A stretch of 64,000 nucleotides of DNA, taken from assembly GCA_036172245.1 (NCBI GenBank), contig JAYWIR010000047.1, positions 1,054,001 through 1,118,000 of the forward strand, read 5' to 3'. This document shows, one piece after another, positions 46,101 through 56,700 of this stretch. Each line of letters opens with the position of its first letter. The stretch's first letter is position 1. The translations under genes were made by a program, and so were the position numbers. Source of the DNA: Raillietiella orientalis (Eukaryota). Under the pieces are notes generated by a model. It saw only the letters and a program-made list of their open reading frames with translations. It ran no database searches and was not told where the DNA came from.

Positions 46101-47629
46101 TGGAGTTTAAGATGGCTAGCGGAAAACTCGGGAGGGAGGATACGGGCGCAGGAATGCAAAGTACGCACACCAAACGCTCTTCCTGAAGGGAAACCACCAC
46201 CAGACAAGGCTCGCAAACCGCACGGTAGCCACGGTTTCCCTCGACCATGAAACGAAACCATTTTCCAAGTGGGATTCCCGAGTGTGAAGAAGCAAACCAG
46301 ATTTCAAAGAGAAATGCGTCCCCTTGAAAACCCACCGGCAACAGCGTTCTGGATTTCAAGAAACCAGGAATGTGAAGCCAAAGCTCGGAAGCAGACGTGA
46401 TAAGGAATAAGTGACACCCACTTTTTATAAATGATTTATTACTATACTCACTTGATTAACGCAACATTCCAAGATACACATGTGTATGTGGGATGCCTTT
46501 AATCGGTTCACACCCTCCCTCTTGTAAAAATTCGGGGATAATGGAAAGTACATGAATTGTTTACAGACGTGCTGTCCATTCCATGGGGACCCACGTACGA
46601 ACTTTCTCCTACAGAATTACGCCCAGCACCACAAACAACAACAAACGTGGTGCCCCATTAAAGTTGTGATCGAGTGTGCAAAAAGAGTTTCACTAATTCG
46701 CAAGAGTAACTAAAGGCCTGTTTTCACAGGGAGTGAGAGGATTGCCCTACGCTGGGCGCGCACAAACCATGCGAGGAAATTAAATCGTTGGGCGCTGCTG
46801 GTAGAAATCTGCCCATTTTCGAAGCGCACTGCTCGAGATAGAAGCGACCAGTTTGACCGAACTTTGCAGCACCAGAAATGCTTCCTTTCCGAATCTCTGA
46901 CACACACGCCCTCCTGGAGTCTCATGTACCAGAGACTTTAAATGGCATTCAACATTGCTCGTGAATGCTTAAAACATTCAAAGATAACGCTGGTGTTTAT
47001 TTGTTAAAGTGACAATAAAGTGAGAGGCATCGGTTCATTCAAGACCTGCAGGAAAAACATTCTGCACGCTCTGTCAGTTTGAAATACGGACGACTTACGT
47101 TCCCAAGGTATTCCAAATTCCCAAGTTTCTGTTGCTTTAAAGTGCTTCAATTCGATTTGATCAAGAGAAAACACCTTACTCTGAGTATAAATCTCCTTTT
47201 ATTGAACACTGGGAGTTCATAAGAGTTGACTCAAAACATGTGCACTGACTGGCGTACTTTTGCCCAGCACTGAGCTGTCTCGTAAAAGACAGCTTTAGCG
47301 ACGAAACACTCGAGAACAATGAATAAAGCATAGGTTTTTATTACAGTAAAATCCATTTGGATGTTCTCTCATGATTCTTCACAGGAGGCCAGAATGTATT
47401 CCAGAACGAGTTTATACATAGCTATGGAACAGTCCTAGACATTACGAGGAAACTCCGACTCTAGCATCTGATTTCATACTCGACTGTATTTCTAGATGGA
47501 CATGTCGAGCAACTGTCTGTCTGTCGTAAGCGTACGTACACGGTGATTACGTATTGCATCCATCCTGTGCTGCAAATTCCAATCTTAACCGTAAAATCTA
47601 CGATAGCGTTGTGTGCTCCACAGGCTGCT

Positions 47630-47664
<35 letters not shown>

Positions 47665-48186
47665 CGGTACCAAGTATGGTGAAGCTAAACTGTGTTTCAG
47701 TGGCAAAAAGTCCCTTGAAAAATAATATATACTTCATTTGTGAAGGAACTCTTCTCGAGACTGAACAAGAATGGGTTCTTTACCAAAAGTAGCTGTCCAC
47801 AATAATTTGTAGAGGACTATGAGACACAACGCGATAAGCCACTCTTGAAACCATTTGTCGCAACCAAAAAAGGGGGAGGGGGAACGGGGGGAAAGATCAA
47901 AAAAGAGAAGAAAAAAAAAAAAAGAAGAGAGATCCTGTCAAAAGATCCTTCGTGGAGCATGGAGATTCACACGGACTGAACAGAGATCAACACAGATTCG
48001 CAAATGCGTCCCCGTAGCGCGGTGTCTCGCGCTACGATGTGCAAGCGACACCAAAATGGAGACACCACGCTCTGGACACATGTCCTGCTACAAACTTCGT
48101 CAGCAAAGCAATACACAACGATATTAACACAAAGTACGCAGACGAAACAAAGGTCGTGCGCTTATGTGGAGCGTAGAATCAAATGT

Positions 48187-48212
48187 CCTCCTCCTCCTCC
48201 TCCTCCTCCTCT
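48187..48212. repeat. (CCT)8 microsatellite
   Basis: Read directly from the sequence. Confidence 0.9.
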
Positions 48213-48471
48213 TTCGCAACGGATACTAAACAGCTTGATAAAATCTTTTGCATCTGCAACAGATATGGAGCCTAAATATGAAGGGGGGAGGGGGGTGAAG
48301 AAGGGAGGGAGGGGGGGGGGCAAAACGACTACGACTACGACGACGACAACAAAAAAAAAAAAAAACGATACTGGTCAGAAAGGACAGGCAGGAAGAAAAA
48401 AGGAAAACCAAGTGCCCCCAAATATGTATTTGATGTTGGGAAACTTTTACGAAACTCGTTTCGTTACTGCT

Positions 48472-48647
48472 GGCACGCCGCCGCATTCCAGCATAGCAAG
48501 CGGAGTTGAAGCAAGCAGCAGGCGCACGCCAGCCAGCATGACTGTGCCGTAATCAAGACGATTTATTAGGCTAGGCATGCTAATGACTAGCCGCTTCTAG
48601 CTGAATGTGTCCCACAAGCAGTGAAACGCATGTAAGCAAGGCGGGCG
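48472..48647 (-). promoter_or_regulatory. 3'UTR YGCY cluster straddling an AATAAA (48562-48567)
   Basis: Fourteen YGCY tetramers counted in 176 nt on the mbl sense strand. The AATAAA lies about 130 nt past the stop codon at 48698. Confidence 0.6.
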
Positions 48648-48697
48648 GGTCAAAATGATGGAAAGATTTTTTTTAAAAAAAAAGATCCACTCAATCT

Positions 48698-51600
48698 CTA
48701 AACATCTGGTTTGATCCGATCCTGCTCAACTGTAGCTTGCTCGGCGAGAAGTACAGATGGTGGGGGTGGTGAAGTAAGTTGACCCAACATTTGCCCCGCT
48801 GGAGGCAAATTCACCGGAATGTGGTAGTACTTACAATGTGGACGAGAGCAACGTCCTTTAATGGCATGATCCCGACAAACTACCACATGCATGTCTATTA
48901 TTTCCACGTTATCTGAGCGAATACGATCAGTCATGAATAAAAACAATGAATTACACACCATCTATGAGGTGCACATACTTGCAGGCAGCACGATGACACT
49001 GATGAAATTTAAAATCTCGACAAAGCGGAAGACTGTCCAGCAACTGAAAATAAAGGATGTGCAAAAAAGGATGGGTAAGTTGGGCGAGGGTTTGGATTAA
49101 AAGGTACCTGGCCATACTCGTCCGTGTATTGAACACTAAGTACATTAGATCCCACACCACTTACATATGCTATCCAATGATGAATAACAGACCACACGCA
49201 TTGTTGGAACACAATGAAACGAGGTTGATTGAGGAGAAATGGGAACAGGACAATAATGAAACAGAAAAGGCAAGAAAGTTATCCACAGTTTCGTTTATTT
49301 ATATGGATGCGATGAGATATATATGTAAACAAATGTTAGCATCTTATGCACAGAAATCAGAGGGTTAATGAAATGAACCCCTTTCGCCAATGCCTTTCGC
49401 AAGCTATACACTACGAAGCGTACACAACTGTTTTTTACCAAGCAATAAGGGCATTTCGAATCAATCAAGCTAGTCAGACTACTACTAGGTAGAGAAGAAA
49501 AACAAAAAAGGAACTCCAAATACATATCATTATTGCATTAATGTTTTAATTTATCATTTATTTATCCTTATGTTCTCCATTAAAATAATACACATTTTAA
49601 CAGTTCAATTTCAAAACATATTAGCAAAACAATGATTTGAAATAACAATAAAAATAATAAAATGAATTCATCACAGATGAAGGTCACCAAGTCACAATAC
49701 AATAAACTGATATTTATACACCATTGCTGATCAAAGTGACATTTTCATGTTTCAGAAGAATGGAATAAATATTTACATGGGAGGAATACTGAGTAATAAC
49801 ACCAGACCAAAAGGCAACTCGACAAACAATGTTCGCCACTAGTGTATCTGATGCCTTTTTTTAAAGTAGCGCACAGTCATCATTACATTACATTTTCACG
49901 CACGAACCTACAACTTCTTTGCAGTGGATAAATTTCCAAAGGGTAATAAAAAAGGCAAAGCAGGATATGAAGGAACACAATTCAGAAAACGAGGAGACGG
50001 AGAAAAATAACCAGGAGCAGCAAAAGACATTGGAATAGCTGAAGTGGGCAAGAACGTTGGCATGGGAGAAGCCATGCTCAAATTGGCCCAATAAGAAGCA
50101 GGAATGCCAGGGCGAAGATATGGAATTTGTTTATTAAGAGAAACACCGGTATATAGAGAAGGACTTGAAATGGGCTTGGGTGATGACACACCCGATGGGG
50201 TTTCAGAATTATAAGCAGCACAGCCGCTTTCTAGCTCGCTATCACGTGCACTACAAGTTAGAGGCGCCACGGGGGCACCATCTGAGTCCGCGCTACAACT
50301 ATCGGCTCCCGCACAACTACTAGGCGCTATTGAGCTGCTCGAGCACGCTTTGGAATACTCACATGTCACTGGAACGAACTGTTGGTGTAAGCTGACTAAC
50401 TGCTGATAAGCTGCAGCTGTAGCTGCTGCAGCATTCGGCTGAAATACTGGCAACCCTGATTTGTCCCCGGCTTGACGCTTAAAAGGAACTATACCAGGGA
50501 ATGCCTAAGAGTAAAGAATGAAAATCAAGGTGACTTGAAGACACGAAGCATTCATGAGTTTAAGATTCAATCATACAATTAAACTTTGAAATTATTCTTA
50601 CTTTTTTTGTCTCCATTTCATAAGCTTAATTCAATTATAGTACATTGATAAAAAAATTCGGATGACTGAAAGATACAAACTTTTGCCTGGATGATGGCGC
50701 AGCTTCACTGATTAATAAACACAAACATTCAAGAAAAACTAAAATAGAGCGAAAAGGAGAAACAAATATGTAATTGATTGAAACAATATGGGACTATTCA
50801 TCTAAATAAAAGAGAATAAGAGCTTAATTTTGATGACACATAAAATCGATAATCTCATGACTGATTAGATCCAAAACGGTTCACAAAAATTAGCCATTAA
50901 GTTTATCAACAAATCATTTGAGAGATTCTGGGATAACATTTTTTCAAAAGTAGTCTCTGAAGCCATCTTATTTAGGGTTTTCCTCGATAGGATTAAATTA
51001 TTTCCAAATACATAATAGGGGTTAAGAGAAAGCGGATGATGAGTATACATAGATATGAGTCCTTAACAGTGCTTTGCGTACAGAACCCATGCTCATGAAC
51101 CTGCAAACGATCATGCACACTAACTATCAAACTATCAGAGTCACTCTAATATCTAAAATAAGCAGTAGCATAAAGTACCAGTAAAAGGTCATCAGCAGGA
51201 TCTCGGGCCCTTTTCTGCCCAACAGCAGGTGTTGCAGCCCCGACAGATGCCACAGATACGGGCTTGATTAGTGAATACATATTTGATTTGTACGATTGTC
51301 AGTCAGGGCAGGGCAAGGCAGTTCAGGCATAACACAAGGCACAAGCAGAGGAGATGAGTCAAAGAAAAAGGATGGCACAGCAACGTGTCATGACGTGGCC
51401 AGCAGCAATTCAATACCAACACCACACCAGATAATCAAATATAGAATAAAAAAGGGGAAGACCAACATTACAAGCAGAACAAGATATTTTAAAATTATTT
51501 CAGCATATTTTCAAAAGTTAAAATAAATTTAAACCGCAACCAAAATAAGCAATTTTTTTTTTTTTTTTTTTAATGATTAATAGTAAACAGTAAACTATAA

Positions 51601-53750
51601 GATGAAATGGTAAACTATAACTTGAATAAGAGAAGAAAGCGAGTTTGGGAGCTGAGCATTAATTGCTCCACAGCAAAAAAATCCATGTTGGCAGCAACAA
51701 AGTAAAAAAAATAAAGCAAATATGACATGCATCAGGTAACGAATATTTCGTGCAAATATCTTATGGTCTATTATGTGCATTATGGAACTATGTACAGGAA
51801 TAATTCAGAAATGACCTGTAAGTGTATACAGTCACTTCTCTCGTTCAAACAAAGGACTTTACGTAAAAAAGTGATTGTACCGTAATTGATGATTTCTACT
51901 TTCATTTCTTACAACAAACATTGGAAAAAATCTCAACTTCTTTACGTTAGGCAAATTTTTAAAATGCATCAACAACAAAATAGTTTTCTCCAATAATGTG
52001 ACTATGGAGGGCAATAACATACGTGGTAATTTAATGCTGTTCACCCTCTTGTCTCAATGAAAACTGGAAAACAAACTGAACACATGGGGAAAAAGAGAAA
52101 AAAAAAAAAAAAAAAACTTTTTTTTTTTTTGGTAGGTACATCTTATCCTAATTATTTTCACATATAAAAAGTGAGCTTATGAGCAGCGAAAATGAACTTC
52201 CATTTTCTGGGTTTTCAAAGAATTGGCATCAATATATTTCGTGGATGAGATCATCACGAATAGGCAGTCATAAATGAAAAGGAATTTATGCCTAGCATTC
52301 GCAAAGTTCCAATTTATAAAAGCTTACAAGCATAGTAATGAGAAATCCAAAGATGTAAGCAATCCTCATAAAAGAAACGGAAGCAGAACTTTCTTAATAG
52401 AACATTTATTATCAACCATATGAAGAAATACATTTTTATATGTTCCGACACACGTTCATTAAGAAACGAATTTCAGTTAAGCGAGTTGTTAGTGAATAAA
52501 AGGCAATGGCGCTAAAGTCAATCCAAGGCGCCATAATATATAATGAGGGCAGAATGCTGTGGAGCATTAAGCAGCGTGTGGCTCAAATCGGGCTCGGAAT
52601 TCATCACAGAGCCAGTGGCAACCACTGGCGTTGAGACAAGCGGAGTGCGAACCTTCAACTGAGCTTGCAGATGAGCGGGAGGATGAAAGTAACGGCATAG
52701 CTGCCGAGCACAGCGCCCTCTAATAGAGTCCATGCACACCCTGACAAAGCCCTCTTCCTCAGAGACAAGCCCCTCTGCAGGATGTGCAAATCGGCAATCT
52801 GACTGGCTGCGTTTGCAGGCGCCCCGCTGGTATTCGCGGCATACCTGAGTAAAGAGCGAAGCACCCATACAGCATTCGAACAAGAACGAATCTCTTTGCC
52901 CTCATGCACGGTTTACCCAATTCCAGGGTTAGCATGTATCCCACCCACATGCTGCCAACAGACCCAACGGAGCTCAGAGTCGCCACTCACAGCCCAGGAT
53001 CCGGGATTACGGCCCGGTGCGCAGTTAGAACTTTTCCCCATGCACGTGGCCGTTACGCACGCAGTCAAAATAAGAACCGCCTACCTCAAGCCGGTCAATT
53101 CGGGACACTTTGGGAGTGCTAACAACAGACTGGGGCAAAACACCTACGGTGGTCAGTCCTGCTGCTTCCATGGGAACCACGCTCTGAGGAACTAGTGGAC
53201 TTACACCTATGCTGTAGGGGTTGGATAAATGATTGAAGATGTAGGGACTTGAAGCAGACTGGATTTAAACAGACTGAGAACATACTAACCTATGGGATAC
53301 TTACAATTTGTGGCATCTGAGCTGCTGCAATGGCTGCATTTCCTGGAGGAATAATACCTTGTAACTGCTGCAGAATTGCATTTTTCAATGCAAGATGGTT
53401 GCGACCATTAATAAGCAGCTGATCTTTCAGATGTTGCGGAGGATGAAAGTATTTACAAGGTGGATTTTCCCGAGTACATCGACCCTGATAAGCAACAGAA
53501 AATGGCTCTCCCTCTTTTTTTTTTTTTTGTTTTTCTTTAATTCATACTCCATTACCTTAATGCTGTCGTAACACGCTGTTACTCGACCGCTTTGCACTTC
53601 TACATTTGTAGGTGGATGTGCAAATTTACATTCGCTATCAGCACGACTGCACTTATTTCGTTGATATTCACGACAAACTTCCAGTTGTAGCCAACGTGAA
53701 TCTTTCTGGTTCAGTAAATTGTTTACATTCACCATAGTCATGCTTGTCAT
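48698..53750 (-). CDS. mbl: Muscleblind (MBNL family CCCH RNA-binding protein). Longest predicted isoform: 53556-53750, 53305-53484, 53085-53258, 52653-52844, 51179-51262, 49912-50504, 49108-49135, 48959-49043, 48698-48912 (1746 nt, 581 aa, six CCCH fingers). Several shorter isoforms are likely.
   Basis: [31 protein letters not shown]...[42 protein letters not shown] (Mbl signature); linker [19 protein letters not shown]...[45 protein letters not shown]...YQQL...QQFVPVT; third pair [22 protein letters not shown] / [22 protein letters not shown]. Splice phases are consistent. The donors at 52652 and 49911 and the acceptor at 51263 are the least certain junctions. Confidence 0.93.
49108..49135 (-). 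CDS. mbl: 28-nt muscleblind microexon ([10 protein letters not shown]) linking the long low-complexity exon to zinc fingers 5-6
   Basis: TTAG acceptor and CAG|GTACC donor. Its phase 2-0 exactly bridges the TT|GTAGGT donor at 49911 and the phase-0 acceptor at 49044. Confidence 0.7.
51179..51262 (-). CDS. mbl: Candidate 84-nt symmetric (phase 0-0) cassette exon of muscleblind, [28 protein letters not shown]
   Basis: Branch-like CTAAT then AAG acceptor (51263-51264) and GTAC donor (51177-51178). The frame is open and carries a KR motif upstream of the conserved PFKR exon. Confidence 0.65.
51307..51407 (-). promoter_or_regulatory. Intronic YGCY cluster (candidate Mbl binding element)
   Basis: Ten TGCC/TGCT tetramers on the mbl sense strand in about 100 nt, 45-145 nt upstream of the cassette exon acceptor. 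Confidence 0.65.
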
Positions 53751-56700
53751 GGTAAAATTGGTGCAGTACAGAATACCGAAATTCGGTCAATATAAGCAAG
53801 CCTGATCAAGTAAAGCTAACAGCAAAAGGCATCCGTCTGGCAGCGACATAAAAGGACATTACCAAATGTGGAAAAACTACACAGAAGCTGGAAAATAAAA
53901 ACAAAAAAATACTTTTTAAGAATCAGCGAACTGGCGAAAACATTAATGATCAAAAGCATTCATATTTTACATACATCTGGTATCAGCGAGAAATGCAAAC
54001 AGCAATCCATAACGACTGCAAGTTTCACGCGAAAGACAATGAATCCCGAAGTGAGCAAATACAAACCCAACTTGCCATGGAGGACGTCTTCAAATGCTAA
54101 TACTTTTGTCTCATGCAGTTATACGACATCAACAGCTCAAGTAGGAAACAAAACACGAAGCAAGTATTTACTTTCAGACAACGTCAGGAACATCAAGGAT
54201 AAGAAGAATTCACTCGTAAGTAGACACAGAACTCGGAAGTGCGTGGAACATAAGGCAAATACTGATATAAACGGATTTCAGGATAATTTGATTACAATAC
54301 CCTTTACGTTGATTAAACCGTTGATGATCACACTGCTATCGCAAACGTGAGGCAGATGCTTTTGAAGACTTCAGACAATACAAGAAAGGAAGAAGCAAAA
54401 CAAAACAGAGACTATTACATAAACCAAGAAACAAAACAGTACCGAAGAGCAATGAAGAACGCACCTGAGATACAACCGTAAAACAAACGTTTCAAATATC
54501 GCCCACACTTCCTAAGAATTCCGCATTTTTTAAACGCAAACTACAGTGGTTCCTTCCATTTCGAAACTATTCGTGCAATATGATTCATGATAGAGAATGA
54601 GCCACGATGCATGTAATAACACACCGAATAAGCCATAAGCAAATTTCCGTCACCAACGTAGACGTCTACTGTATCGTTCTCTGGAAGAATCGTATGCAAG
54701 CAGCAATCAATCTTCCTTAGGCAACATCGGCACAGAAGTATTTTACAAAACTACCCAATAATGGAAAAAAAGAAAAAAAAAACATCAATTACCAAGAAAA
54801 AAAAAAAAAAAGACATTAAAAGGCAATTTCACGGAAAAATAGACTAAATTCTAATTGCAGACGATTTGCCTAAAATCTCCTTAAATTATCTCAACTACAC
54901 ATGTTTGTTAAAAATGACATGTTTGTTAAAATACTCCTTTTTTAGGCATTTGCCTCTTTTTGTGAATGCAGAACTTTTGATCATTAGGGCAAAGGACGCT
55001 TGTAAGTTAAAAGGAAAACCCGAGGGACCGTCATAAATGTGTTAATCCTTAAGACATGCTTATCCGCAGGATGGCTCCCAAACGCTGGAAACTGGCATCT
55101 GCATTGAGAGATCGTTCTGAGCCAGCAGTTCACCTCTGTCCTCACAAAATAACCAAGATCTACCAAGTTCCATTCTCTCAATGAAATGCCAATGGATTAA
55201 AATCCATTGGCATTTCATTGCGGTGATTGCGGATTCAGTCCGAAATCCGAAATCTAACCGAACAAAATCCATCACTAACGCCCCCACTAACGCAGTAAGG
55301 TGCAACCCGAAAAACCTGAAAGTAAAATGGTAGTAACCTGAAGAACGATGATCCTTAGAAGAAGTACAATAAGCAACCCACCTTCCAACGGGGAAAAAAA
55401 ATTCAATAATTGCACTCCGCTCTAAGAGTCAAAAACACAAAACACAAATCGATGGACTTTCAGGGACAAAAACGAAATTTATTTTACTTAGGGGAATCTC
55501 ATCCATCTACACTGATATTTAGGAAACAAATGTCCCCCTCCCCCCCCCCAAGTGTTTGAAATTAGTTAGGCTTAGTTTTTTATGCAAACATTCAAATGAT
55601 GCTTTCTAAGCACACACCGCAACGGTTCACACATTTTTATTGGGGCTGGGGTGGTGGGGGAGGGGGTTACACGTGTATTTTTTGTTCTCCACTTCTAGAC
55701 ATTTTCGAAACTACGAGGCCTCGAGTACACTGTTCCGTCTTGCTTGAGCCATCCACACACATCATGGTCGCTCACAGGGTGTCCAAAACCACAGTAGTAC
55801 TCACCGTTATCCATGCGGCTATTTCCTAAGTAACAAGTCATGTGCGTGTAACTTTATTCTGGCAGCAAATATTTATTTACATATAATTTACATATTGCAG
55901 ATACGACACGAACTAAAAATGCAACTTTCCCATGCTGTTTACCAACTTTTCTCCATTAATGCTCCGTAATGAACAACAGCCTTACCTCCTATGTGGAATG
56001 CATAACAGAACCAAAGCAACTTTTGCTCTGCTCTCCTCGCACCTCGTAATGAAATGCACAGTTACTAATGGTGTCCCTCGGTAAAACAAATGAAATCGGA
56101 GTGACGCGGCTCTAAAGCGGGCCGACTGACAAATTCCTAAAGCTGCTTATTTCAACATACAAAAAGACCACACAATACATTTTGTTTCAAGGAAAACATG
56201 CGAGTTACATAGTAATATAATTCATCACATCAGTGGTAAGGTCGAAAAACAAGCAAGTTACACGAATGTTCTACACAATTCTATCGTGCATAATATTCAT
56301 CAAAAATTTTAGTAGAGAGAGAGAGAGAGAGAGAGAAGGTTCGAGTCATTTCCCTCATCGATTCGGATGTAAACGTTTTTCGTTTTCTTTTCTCATTCCC
56401 TTGCCGCGTCGTTCATCTTGAGGATCAAGCTGGGAGATGAGACCTGGTCAAACTTTTCGCCAGGGGCCGTTCCCCAACAATGCCCGTGCGGGGGGCGCAC
56501 TTCTCAGCAAACCGAATCCAGAGCGAAGGCGCAACAATGACGAGGGGTTTCAAATCCAAAGAGGGCAGAGTTCAACGCGAAAGGAGGAGGGAGCACGGGG
56601 GGCACCCCAAAACCCAACCGGACAGCCTGCTGCTCGCAGAGCTTTCGATTCCACACCCAACAGCCCCAAATTACGTTAATAATCGATCTGATCCTGGAAA

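Noticed and set aside
51000..51102. Extra mbl exon after a TTTGCAG acceptor
   Set aside because: The frame with a faint Mbl-like peptide (FMSMGS) does not match the phase of its neighbours, and no clear donor was found.
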